Shown one piece after another: positions 33,730 to 44,564 of a stretch of 64,000 bases of DNA. Origin of the DNA: Paramoeba atlantica. Lineage: Eukaryota > Protista > Discosea. Location of the stretch: positions 186,001 to 250,000 of the forward strand of contig CDRNVI010000037.1 of NCBI GenBank assembly GCA_977017575.1, read 5' to 3'. Numbering within the stretch: position 1 is the first letter of the stretch; each line of letters opens with the position of its first letter. Both the position numbers and the translations under genes were made by a program. Below the pieces are notes generated by a model that did not search any database, was not told the DNA's origin, and saw nothing but the letters and a program-made list of their open reading frames with translations.

Positions 33730-34572
33730 ATGACGGCCATCTTAGACACTGCGGATAGGATACCTAAAGCTTCTCGGGTGCGTGGGGCATCCCTCCCGAA
33801 AGAATATGAGCTCTGTCGTGTCTTGCATAATATTTCAAATCATCATCCCTCATGGACTACAGAGACCCCCGCATGTAGTTGGAAAGGTGTAACATGTGAC
33901 TCCAAGATGCAAGTCAGGGAAATCAGGTGGAACGTTATGGATCTTCGAGGCACCATATCATGGCGTCATATTCCAGTGAGTGTTAAAGTCTTGATTTTAG
34001 GTAGCTTCTTTATTTATTCAGCGAAGCCGAACGAAATTACGGGAGAACTTCCTGTTCTTGACTTACCACCGCGTCTAAAAAGGTTCGTGTTGGATGGCAA
34101 CAATATGACCGGGAACATTGACTTAGAACATCTCCCTGCGGAGTTGACTGCCTTTGAAGCGGCGAAAAATTGCTTTGAGGGAACTGTATCTTTATCATCT
34201 CTACCTCGTCGCCTACTTGTCTTGGATCTGCAACGTAATCTGCTTTCTGGGGAGCTTGATCTCTCAAACTTACCTCCAAAATTAGAAAAACTGTATTTCG
34301 CGAATAACCAGTTTAGCGGGGGCTTAATTCTTAAAAATCTGCCATTTTCTCTCGCACGACTTGATCTAGACGATAATAACCTAAGTGGAGAATTAGAGTT
34401 GGATTGTCTTCCATCTAAAATGAGGTACCTTCTACTTAAGAATAATGCTTTTGAAGGACTCGTTGACCTCCGAAATCTGTCAGAGCGTTTCGTCTCGCTG
34501 GACCTTCGGGGAAACAAGATTACCTCTGTGGAACCAACTCCCTTCCCAGGGTTCCTGAAATGTGATCTATAA
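33730..34572 (+). CDS. Short LRR protein (tandem pair member 1)
   Basis: RVRGASLPKEYELCRVL..HHPSWTTETPACSWKGVTC cap plus ~8 LRRs. Confidence 0.88.
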   Translation: MTAILDTADRIPKASRVRGASLPKEYELCRVLHNISNHHPSWTTETPACSWKGVTCDSKMQVREIRWNVMDLRGTISWRHIPVSVKVLILGSFFIYSAKPNEITGELPVLDLPPRLKRFVLDGNNMTGNIDLEHLPAELTAFEAAKNCFEGTVSLSSLPRRLLVLDLQRNLLSGELDLSNLPPKLEKLYFANNQFSGGLILKNLPFSLARLDLDDNNLSGELELDCLPSKMRYLLLKNNAFEGLVDLRNLSERFVSLDLRGNKITSVEPTPFPGFLKCDL

Positions 34573-34619
34573 GACCATGGTCCTTTTGGAATGAATATTT
34601 GGTAAAGATTTTGTTTCAC

Positions 34620-34955
34620 CTTACATTGGAGCCTGTGCTAAACCCCATTAAAGAATAAAAACACTTTAAACAACACATTCAATTTCTTGATTCCATTTTT
34701 AAGTACTTTCGGAATGAAAGATTTGGAAATGATTGTGTTTCGCTTTACACTGGAGTCTGTGCTAAACCCCTTTAATGAATAAAAACACTTTAAACAACAC
34801 ATTCAATTTATTTATTCCATTTTTAAAGAACTTTTGGAATGAAAGATTTGGAAAAGATTCTGTTTCGCTTTACATTGGAGTCTGTGCTAATCCCCTTTAA
34901 CGAATGAAACACTTTAAATAACACATTCAATTTCTTGATTCCATTTTTAAAGAAC
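34620..34955. repeat. ~124-bp tandem repeat, ~2.7 copies
   Basis: TTACA(T/C)TGGAG(C/T)CTGTGCTAA starts at 34621, 34745, 34870. Confidence 0.85.
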
Positions 34956-35083
34956 TGAAAAAGACGTCAGTTGTGGTTCCGACTTCAACGGACACGTTGC
35001 CGCGAAGCGGCGACGCTTTTTTCCCCTTATTTTTTCTTTTTTCATCAGTTTCAAATTAGCTTTAGACCGCTGTTACGATCACA

Positions 35084-35926
35084 ATGACTATCATCTTAGA
35101 TGCGGCGGATAATATGCCTAAAGCGGCTCGCGTGCGTGGGACATCCCTCCCGCAAGAATATGAGCTCTGTCGTGTCTTGGCCAACATTTCAAGTCATCAT
35201 CCCTCATGGACTACAGAGACCCCCGCATGTAACTGGAAAGGTATAACATGTGACTCCAACCTGCAGGTCACTGAAATTAAGTGGAGCGTTATGCATCTTC
35301 GAGGCACCATATCATGGCGTCATATTCCAGTGAGTGTACAAGTCTTGATTTTAGGTAGCTTCTTCACTTATTCAGCGAAGCCAAACGAAATTACGGGAGA
35401 ACTTCCTGTTCTTGAGTTGCCACCGCGGCTAACAAAGTTCGTGTTGGATGGCAACAATATGACCGGGAACATTGACTTAGAACATCTCCCTGCGGAGTTG
35501 ACTGCCTTTGAAGCGGCGAAAAATTGCTTTGAGGGAACTGTATCTTTATCATCTCTACCTCGTCATCTATTTGTATTAGATCTTCAAGATAATTTGCTTT
35601 CTGGGGAGTTTGATCTCTCAAACTTACCTCCGAACATGCAAACAATGTACTTCGGGAATAACCAGTTTAGCGGGAGCTTAATTCTTAAAAATCTTCCAAT
35701 TTCCCTCGACCGACTTGATCTAGACGATAATAACCTAAGTGGAGAATTAGAGTTGGATTGTCTTCCATCTAAAATGAGGTACCTTCTACTTAAGAATAAT
35801 GCAATTGAAGGACACGTTGACCTCCGAAATCTCTCAGAGCGTTTCATCTCGCTGGACCTTCGGGGAAACAAGATTACCTCTGCGGAGCCAACTCCCTTCC
35901 CATATGCCCTGAAATGTGATCTATAA
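35084..35926 (+). CDS. Short LRR protein (tandem pair member 2)
   Basis: Close paralogue of 33730-34572 at DNA level, including the 3' flank. Confidence 0.88.
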   Translation: MTIILDAADNMPKAARVRGTSLPQEYELCRVLANISSHHPSWTTETPACNWKGITCDSNLQVTEIKWSVMHLRGTISWRHIPVSVQVLILGSFFTYSAKPNEITGELPVLELPPRLTKFVLDGNNMTGNIDLEHLPAELTAFEAAKNCFEGTVSLSSLPRHLFVLDLQDNLLSGEFDLSNLPPNMQTMYFGNNQFSGSLILKNLPISLDRLDLDDNNLSGELELDCLPSKMRYLLLKNNAIEGHVDLRNLSERFISLDLRGNKITSAEPTPFPYALKCDL

Positions 35927-36097
35927 GACCATGGTCCTTTTACTTTGATCGACTGATGATACCACGGTCCTTTTGGAATGAAAATTCGGAATTGTTTTGT
36001 GTTTCGATTTACATTACTACATTTTATCTGCTTTTACCAAGTCATTTTTAAGTGGAATTAAAAACTTGCGCAAGCGTTTTTTTATTTAGTTTTGTAC

Positions 36098-37567
36098 ATG
36101 GGCAAGAATCGTTCGGGGACTGACGAAAACAGCTCCCATTCCACACACCGGAAGTTAGCGACTTCTCAACCAAAGGCCGACAAAAAGATATTCGTGGAAG
36201 GTCTGCCTTTTCACAAGACGGCTGAAATTGAAAACAACTTTTACGCTCTGTGTACGTCGCTCGGTCTACATGGTGTTACGCGCCTCGTACAAAAGAAAGG
36301 TTATGGGTTTGGCTATCTAGTATTCCGTTCTGCTTCTGAAGCTGCGAAAGCGATACAAATTTTACACGGAGCCAAATTTGAGGGAAGAATGCTTCGTGTG
36401 GAAGCCCCGAAGCCTCCAAACAAACAATCGGCGTATCATGCGACAGGTCAGCGTTTTCCCGATACATTCCTACGTCAAATTTTATTGAGTAATCTTCCAC
36501 CCTTTGTGACACAAGAAATTTTAAAAGATGCTTTGCGTGATGTGTTACCCGTTCTTCTCTACAATGATATTGAGGATATCAAGTTGACCCGACACAACAA
36601 GGCATTTGTGACCATGCGCGCTTCGCAAAACGCAGAGCAAAGAGGTAAAATTCAGCTTCCTTCCGAGGAAATGTCTCCTAATCCTGTTTCCTCCGCATTG
36701 ACTGAGATTCTGTGTGCTCTGACGCAGAGTAGTCGTTTTCAGCTCATGGGTTATCAAGTCGACGTGACCCGTGCACTCCCTCCCTCCTCCACCCATGGAA
36801 AAGCACCCAACAAGGATGAGATTGACTCAAACTGGGCCCAGCTCGCAGAGGAATATACCACCCAGTCACGACAGAACACAAACCATCGAAACGCGGCTTC
36901 CAAACCAAACACCAAGCTCCTCCAAAAAACACACCCTCAGGAAATCTCCACAACGTCCACAAACTCTCCCTGTTCGTCGTCACCTCCCCCCGAGCATCTC
37001 CGCACACGAAAACGAACCCTTCCTCACTCACTTCACAAATCCAAACCCACTTCACCAACCCCCCTACATCCACCCGAATCCCCACACCGCGAACCCGTCA
37101 AACCCCACAAGAAACCCAACCCCCCCACGCATCCCCCCGACCACTACCCCATCCTCCTCGGAGGGCTCGGGGCCGGGTGTACCCTCTCGGAGCTCCGGGG
37201 TCTCCTTCACTCCCGCGTAATGAGGGATATCCCCTCCCCCTCCCCCAATCATGAGTTACCCACAACAGTAACAACAACAACAAAGTCCCATAATAATGAA
37301 AGAAACAATAAAACAACAACAACAACAACGAAGGGCCATCCTAATAAAAGAAACCATAAAACCAAAACCCATCCCACCCACGACCCCCCGCCGTTCACGT
37401 GTGAGCTCGTGCTCAACGCCGCGACCCGGGCCCCAAGTGGGATGGCTCGGGTCCGGGCCAAAACGGTGGAGACCGCGAAGGCGGTGCTGGGGCTGGATGG
37501 CACCCCGTGGAGCCGCGGGGGGGCCTCCGGGGAGGGGGTGCTGAGGGCCGAGATGGAGTCCAGGTGA
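36098..37567 (+). CDS. RRM-domain RNA-binding protein with Pro/Thr-rich tail
   Basis: RNP2 KIFVEGLP, RNP1 KGYGFGYLVF, second degenerate RRM (ILLSNLPP..KAFVTM). Confidence 0.75.
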   Translation: MGKNRSGTDENSSHSTHRKLATSQPKADKKIFVEGLPFHKTAEIENNFYALCTSLGLHGVTRLVQKKGYGFGYLVFRSASEAAKAIQILHGAKFEGRMLRVEAPKPPNKQSAYHATGQRFPDTFLRQILLSNLPPFVTQEILKDALRDVLPVLLYNDIEDIKLTRHNKAFVTMRASQNAEQRGKIQLPSEEMSPNPVSSALTEILCALTQSSRFQLMGYQVDVTRALPPSSTHGKAPNKDEIDSNWAQLAEEYTTQSRQNTNHRNAASKPNTKLLQKTHPQEISTTSTNSPCSSSPPPEHLRTRKRTLPHSLHKSKPTSPTPLHPPESPHREPVKPHKKPNPPTHPPDHYPILLGGLGAGCTLSELRGLLHSRVMRDIPSPSPNHELPTTVTTTTKSHNNERNNKTTTTTTKGHPNKRNHKTKTHPTHDPPPFTCELVLNAATRAPSGMARVRAKTVETAKAVLGLDGTPWSRGGASGEGVLRAEMESR

Positions 37568-38199
37568 GGGGGGAGGGGGGGGGAGAGAGGGAAGGCCTCT
37601 CTCCTCCAAGGTTTGATGGTGGACGCTTTCCTATGGATGGTGTCCTCCTTGGGGGGGTAGAAGAGGTGTGGTGGTGGTGGTGGTGGTGGTGGTGGGATTA
37701 TAGGGGGGGGGATGGAGGAAGATAGGCAGTTGATGGGATGGGGTAAGGGTGGGTGAGGAGGGTGTTTAAGGGGCTTATGGATTTCGTTCTGAATGTTTAG
37801 AAGGTTTTATTATTTTAGCTGCTCCGTTAAATCGGGTGGTTGTTTAGGACTACAGTACGAACTTCTTACTGAGAAGGTACTATTTTCTAACCTTCTTCAA
37901 TCAATATCAATATTACCTTCTTACTAAGAAGGTACTACTGATGTGCGCCTTGCGTTGAAAACTATTTCTGTGTTGGGAATTTTAAAAAAGTACATGCGAG
38001 TACTCCCCCTTTCACAACTATTTATATGTTCGGTCTGCCGGCTTTTTCTTCCCATTTATAAAAGTGCATACGCTCCAAGAATTCTTACAATAGTTTTATT
38101 TTTTTAATAGTTTTGAAAATGTCATAATTTTAATTCAAAACTTTTGAAAGCGTTGACAAGTTATTATTGGATTTAGTGCTCTGAGAGCAAAAATGCGCA

Positions 38200-38650
38200 A
38201 ACAGCCTCCATTTTTGTAGTGAAGCAGTTTGTGCTCGTCTAAATGCCCAAAAAGCCGTTCTATTCGGTTTCTCACAAATCGAAAATTTATGTCAAATAGG
38301 TCATCAACGGAAGAAACTGTTTCTTGGCATGGGCAGTGGCGCACAGATCGGTAGGCCTTGTCCGCAATCACCATTTCATCCACCTTGTGAGTCCATCCAT
38401 AAATATCGGACTCAGCCATGCATTCACTGTCGTGCATGCTACCTTCAAAAGGTCCACTCCACGCTAAGGGGGGCAGCCATCCATCATGATGAAGACCTGA
38501 AAGGTCCAGTATTTTGTGGCGTGCTTTTTTTTGTGGACGCCTTCTGAAGACGGAAGAAGTCCATCGACAATGGAATTACATGTGAAATAGTTCTCTTCGA
38601 GTACTCTAGATCTTCTTTCAACATCAGCGAATCAAACTTCTGAGAAAAGT
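38200..38650 (-). mobile_element. PIF/Harbinger (DDE_Tnp_4-like) transposase pseudogene
   Basis: Across frames: SIVDG (D1), YWTFQVFIMMDG, AWSGPFEG, HDS, VIADKAY (D2), RNRIERLFGHL (E). Confidence 0.7.
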
Positions 38651-38652
38651 AA

Positions 38653-39236
38653 TTTTTTTTGATGTTCATGCGCTCATTGGCGCAGAGATACAGTCCTTGA
38701 TGCGACGGCCGATATCATCGGCACATGATCCGCCCACAACGGATGTCGCACCAAGGGGCATTTGGCACGGATCGGTCGGTAAAGGGGGTTCAGGCAACTC
38801 GCCCTCTCTTTACGCAGCCGGAGGGGTGTACTGCAACCGACTCGGTCCCAGTCGGTAGAGGTGGTCCAGGCAACTCACCACCTCTTTACGCAGCCGGAGG
38901 GGCGCACTGCAACCGACCGCTGCCTCGCGATAAAACGAAGCAGAGCCACGCCCAGTGGTGCTCAAGGGAGGCCACCATGGCGCATGGCTCCCCGGTAAGG
39001 AAAGGCGCGAAGGTAAGAAAGTCGGGGAGGGAAGAAAACTCACTGAAAGAGTGAGCCGGGGAGGGGTGATGGGGTGGAACCGCGTCCCCTGCTTCGCGGA
39101 GAAAGAGGGACAGTTTCGGCTTTAGTGCCGGCCGGCAACGGGCATATAAAACAGTAAGGGTATGCCCGTTGCCGGGGAAAGAAAGGATGAACTAAAGGAT
39201 GTTGTACCAACAAGGTACAGAAACTGTATCTTTATC
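38653..39236 (-). mobile_element. SL-RNA-headed structured retroposon-like element, copy 1
   Basis: Minus strand begins GATAAAGATACAGTTTCTGTACCTTGTTG|GTACA and ends GCGCATGAACATC-A8; closely similar to 47850-48444 along its length. Confidence 0.75.
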
Positions 39237-40472
39237 GTACAATGTCGGGGTTGTATCCGGTAAAAGCATGGCACCCAAGGGTCCAAGGCATGCGATCCCA
39301 AGGCATGCCCATCACCCAAGGCATGCGATCTGACATACAATACCAGTATGAAACACTGCATTAGGAAAAGAAAACACTTGCTAGAAACTGTTAACAAATA
39401 GAAGCTTTTAAAAATTGCAGAAATGAAGAACAGAAAAAGAGATTTCAGTAGTCAAAGCAATTAAATAGTGTTTCATGAACACAAGAGTAAGAACAAATTC
39501 ATCGTAGAAGGACTAGTAACTTCTATAACTTGTTTATACCTATGTCACTTTCTACCTTTCGTTTACCAGTCTTCGTACATGTACCATCCTGTTCATGTAC
39601 CTTTTTCCTTTTCACTTTCGAGTGGAACGCAAATATGTCTGGTCATAATGGCTTAGTTGGGCGAGACGACTTTTGTCCATCATAGATTAGAGGCGGCCTG
39701 TGTAGTGCTTCACTTGATCGGCTATTTGACGGTTCTTGCCGACGAACAGTATTATTCGCCTCCAGACTCTGCATACGAGCCTGCAGATTGAAGATTCAGC
39801 AGTGGTCCTTGAGAGATTGTACTTCACTTTTTAGTGCGAGAAATCCGTCTTGCAACTCACTTACACCCAAGCCAAAAATTATTATCGCCAAAATTCATGG
39901 CACAAAAATTATTGTTTTTTTAGTTAAAAGTTGTCTATTTTTGGCAGGAAACATTTTTCTATTTTTCTTTTTGGTCAATTTTTGAATTTCTCATAAGGTC
40001 TGATCTCGGCAACCACTTTTTAGAGAAGGGCTCCATGGATTTTTCAAAAGCTCAATTTTCAGGACAGGATTTGACGGAGGAGGAGCAAGAGGCTTTTCTT
40101 CAACACCAGGTCGTGGGATCATGCGAGATCACACCCGCAGCCCCTCACTTAATGACCACTTAATAACCTGACCTTCGCAACGCATTTGACGAGATTAGAG
40201 AGATGTAATTTATTTCTCTTCTTGTTCAACACGATTTCAAATCTAATTTTTGGCGAAAAGCTAAACCTAACTTTACTTTCTTCCCCGTAAAAAATCATGA
40301 ATCTTTTTTGGGAGCAAAAAAACCCTTTTGGACTAATCTTGGATTTTTTCCACCTCTCTACTAACAACTTCCATTTGTTGATATGTACAAATTTCTACAA
40401 AAACAATTGGCACAATTATTGATTTTTTAATTAAAAGATGAAGAGCTTCGCCAATAATTGAAAACTTAATTA

Positions 40473-40904
40473 ACCACAGTCCGGTTTAACATTCCTGTAG
40501 CTAGATAACATTCCGGGGGGAATGTTATGATGTTCCACGCGTTTTTTAACATCCCCCCCCCTGAAAAACCCCCGTGCCCACCCGTGGCTTACAGGTTCAC
40601 CCACTCTACCGACGAAGAGCCACCACGGGAGGTTCTCAACTCTGCTCCCCTACAGGGTCCTCTAGATTTTCGGTACGCATGTACGCTGACGGAGTACTTT
40701 AAGAATGTTCAAGAACGCCAAGAAAGTGGAGCAAAAGAAGTGGAAGCAATGCGCGAAGAGGAAGATACTGAATAAATGAAGTTATTTTTCCCTTCAAAAA
40801 AATACCTCAAAAACATATCTTGAAAATTTAACATTCCTGTAGCTACTTAGCATTCCTGTAGCTACTTCACATTCCCTCCCGGAACGTTAAACCGGACTGT
40901 GGTT
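40473..40904. mobile_element. MITE with (A)ACCACAGTCCGGTTTAAC TIRs
   Basis: Inverted ends at 40473 and 40904; internal AACATTCCTGTAGCTA repeats; related ends at ~13285, ~46073, 59084-59154. Confidence 0.8.
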
Positions 40905-41285
40905 TAATATTATTCGGCAGCGTACGTCACGTGCCGTTTGCGATGCTGAAGCCTCCGCTAGGGCAACGACCCTCTTTATATCCCTAGTGCGCTCTCGATA
41001 GCTCTTGGCCACTTCGGAAGAATTCCCACGTAAACTTCGTCAAACTCTGCGAAACCAATCAGCAACAACTTCATGAGATGAATAAATAACATCTCTCATC
41101 TGGTGACGAACCCACTTGCGAAGCCGTTCATACGTCCGAGGCAGGATTCCCGTAGACGTCTTCGGCGTAAACGTTTTGATCGGTGGGCAAGTCGTGTTCC
41201 ATTCCAAAATGAGCGCGAAGAAAAAGGTACGAAACAGACATTTTGCTATTAAAATCTGTATTTTTTGGTAGACAATTACAGTATA

Positions 41286-42207
41286 AACCTAGGGACACGA
41301 TAAGTCACCCCCCTCTAAAATTTGTGTAAGGTCTTCGTTTGGGCCAATTTTTGTTGCATTTTGAAGATCTCGGTGACGCTTGTTTGCGCATATCATATAG
41401 AGAATAAAACTGGGAGCCAATAAAATATGAATTTAGTATTACCATTTTTTCACTTTTTCGCCACCATTTGTTTTGCGTACTTCCATCTTTTTGTCGAAAC
41501 TTAAAACAGTGTAGTCAAGCTCAGATTCACCAATATTCTCAAAGGCTTTCTTTACGCACTTAATTAGAGAAATAGTACAAGACGGATTCATTTCATTTAC
41601 ACTTTGTTGAATCATTTCCCACACGTTCTCAATAGGATTAAGGTCGGGAGAATTAGCCGGCCGATTTGTTATGTATTCAATTTTTGAAGTAAAAATATAG
41701 GTTTTCGTATTTCTGGCCGTATGTACACCCGCCCCATCTTGCTGAAAAATAAATTTACGGGGAAAGGGAACCTTACGCAGCGTTTCTACATAAGTTTCAC
41801 GTGTGATTGAACTGTTGTCTTGAACTTGATAGAACTCTTTTCTGACTTTTTTTTGGGGTGTCACATTTTGAATCACATTTTCGTTGGTACGTTTTGCAGG
41901 TATTTTCGAACAATTTTGATAGAAACATTGAAATCCCGTTCTAGTCGCTTCTTTGGAATACCCGCTTGAAAGCGCATATGCAACAAGACTTTTCCCATCT
42001 GCGTTAACTCCCCTTTTACTTGGATTTCACCATGGAAAAAAATCGTGTCAGATTTAAAAAAAAAAGTTTTTTTTAATACTTTGAAAGTAGTTAAAAACAG
42101 CGGGAACGTGTAGATCTCGAAATTGTGAACGACAAAGTGGTGTCATAAACCCCTTAGGCCCCTTCATGCAAAAAGTAAGGTGGGTGACTTATTCGTGTCC
42201 CTAGGTT
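41286..42207 (-). mobile_element. IS630-Tc1-mariner element, internally deleted, with TIRs and TA TSD
   Basis: TIR AACCTAGGGACACGA(A)TAAGTCACCC at both ends, TA flanks. HTH remnant GIPKKRLERDFNVSIKIVRKYL upstream of ORF 41439-41876 with FIFQQDGAGVH and PANSPDLNPIENVW (D35E spacing). First Asp region missing. Confidence 0.9.
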
Positions 42208-42223
42208 TACAATTACAAAATGT

Positions 42224-43459
42224 GGGTAAATTGAACGAGAATTCGCTTTTCTTCTATTTTTCAATAATTTCGTCCATTTATGCAGGAAAAAAGGTCCTTC
42301 GTACACTTATTTTGCCACACCTCTCTTTACACGTGCTTTTCCGACTTTCTCTCTCACACCTCTTTGTATAGCTAATATATTAAATATCAATAACTTCACA
42401 GAAATACCAAAGATTTTTCAGCATACGAAGTAAAGCGTCGTTACCATTTATCTTCAACTTTACATTGCTTTTCTCAGCTAAAGCTCGTACTCGGCTGCCG
42501 CGCTTTTCATCCCCCCGACCGAGTACACCCCCTTCACGCTTGAGCGTCTTCTTCACAAGTGAATTAGCCGACTCAACTGTGTTTGTATGAACGCCTTCTT
42601 GGGTTACCCACTCGCGTCGGTGAACCACTTTTTCCCACTTGTATCTACCTTGCAGTTGCAGATTGTGACGAGCGGAATCAGTCCAGATCCTAGTTCTCGA
42701 TCCCGCACCCAGAGCTTCGATGTTTGGAATAAGTGACGATGTGCTTCGATCGGGGACAACGTCCATAAATATTTCAGAGATTTTATTTTGTCTTGTCGTT
42801 TCAACTATAGTTTGAGCGACTTGCGGCCCTTCACGTCTGACACGTCGAGTACGATTGTTGCCTCCCCGCTTCCTCGTTGAGAAGAACGTTTCATCGCACT
42901 GCATGGAGGTCAATGTTCCATGGCGACGAATTCTTCGAAGTACGTGTATCGTCCCGATCATAGAATCCAACGCTTGGCGGAGCCTGACCATGGTCGTCAC
43001 ACTTAAGCCCGTCTCCTCACTCTCTATACCGCATGTGGCTCGCCACGGGAGTACAAAATAATAAATTTCAGCACTTGCTTTGTAGTGCGTTTTGCATTCC
43101 CTGGAACCAGGGGCCCAAGAATGTCATACACCCCTTTGCACTTTTTGGTACACCGCCACTTTTCGTCGCTCAATCGCATTTCCAATGGAGAGGAGTGACT
43201 TCGCTTGTTGCATATCACCTTCCTTGCAACAAGATCATGGCATTTTAACCAGTGTCGACATTGAGCCTCTGACCACTTTGCTACCTTACCAATAGTTAGC
43301 TTCCGACGGCACGTGAATCCACGACACCCCTGACACACCATGTAAGGAATTCAGAAAAATGTAAAATCTTTTTTCTAAAGAGTACATGGATAATTTCCCC
43401 CGATTTTCTCAATATTTATTACCAAATTTTTGGAAAGCGAATTCTCGTTCAATTTCCCC
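42224..43459 (-). mobile_element. Merlin/IS1595 element, second family, one frameshift
   Basis: 8-bp TSD CAAAATGT (42216-42223, 43460-43467); 26-bp TIR GGG(T/G)AAATTGAACGAGAATTCGCTTT. ORFs 43024-43341 and 42380-43000 join by a frameshift near 43025; QCDETF, IWTDSA, GVHTNTVES. Confidence 0.92.
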
Positions 43460-43740
43460 CAAAATGTAAACTAAGTGATTAGCAAGAAACTGCATATTCT
43501 CCACACTTTAAGTGTCCGAACTCTTAACTCGACCGAACAAGGGCGAACACGCTAGAACCAAGCAGGTTTCACCCCTCTACTTATAAACAATACAATAAGT
43601 AATATTCTATCATCCATTGTTAGCGATCGGATATTGTTATTAAAAAAACTGCCAACAATAGACATACTTTAGATACTCGCGCATCTCCTTCATTAAATAT
43701 TTTTTGTGCAACTTACGCTACACTTCAATACTTTTCCTTT

Positions 43741-44310
43741 ATGGACATCTCTCGTGCACATAAAGTGCGTGGTACTTCTCTTCCACCTGAGTTTGTGCTT
43801 ATTCGAATGATTGAAAATATTGAGAACCCGCATTCATCATGGACGGCTGATGAACCAATATCTAAGTGGAAGGGGGTAATGTGTTTGGAAAGCGGTGACA
43901 TTGACAAAATTAGGTTTGAAGGGAGTAAGCTACACGGATCTCTACGGTGGGACATGTTACCTCGCTCACTAACGCACATTTGCGTTTATTCAAACAAACT
44001 AATGGGGGAAGTAGACCTCAGTGAATTGCCCCCAAAACTCAAATTTTTAGATGGTTCTTATAACACCTTTACGGGAGGACTTGATTTATGTCATCTTCCA
44101 ATGTCGCTTGAAGAGATCTTCTTTTCTGAGAACAAGTTAAGTGGGCATGTTATTTTTTCTCATCTTCCACATCGTTTGTGTTCACTTGCTTTGAGACACA
44201 ATCGACTACTTGAGGGTGAGATGCGGCTTAGTGAACTTCCTTCAAGTTTAAGTTATCGTCCAATACAAGAAACTTCCATTGTATTTATTGATGATTCCGC
44301 AAAAAACTAG
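43741..44310 (+). CDS. Short LRR protein (duplicate of 21346-21915)
   Basis: Nearly identical 3' two-thirds and shared ~150-bp upstream region. Confidence 0.87.
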   Translation: MDISRAHKVRGTSLPPEFVLIRMIENIENPHSSWTADEPISKWKGVMCLESGDIDKIRFEGSKLHGSLRWDMLPRSLTHICVYSNKLMGEVDLSELPPKLKFLDGSYNTFTGGLDLCHLPMSLEEIFFSENKLSGHVIFSHLPHRLCSLALRHNRLLEGEMRLSELPSSLSYRPIQETSIVFIDDSAKN

Positions 44311-44564
44311 GTATAGAAACCTCATTTTCAAAATATTTTTATTTTCTAAATACGTTACGGGAAAAGGTAGAAGGACCCACAATTCTACCGCAACTCTACT
44401 AACCCAGGGTGTAGTTTGATATCCACTTGCGTTTTAATACCCACTCATCTTCCGCAAGAGCGATTCGAGGGGGCTCTCATATGCGCCATTATTTTACAAA
44501 ATTGTCCAACTTTGGTGAACTTTGGATCCCCCTGTATATCATCGAAAAGAGGTATTATTAGTCT

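Noticed and set aside
35945-35990. Hammerhead core (CTGATGA...GAAA)
   Set aside because: No convincing stems I-III around the core.
40990-41210. Possible mariner C-terminal remnant on the minus strand
   Set aside because: Only vague similarity; no SPDL motif.
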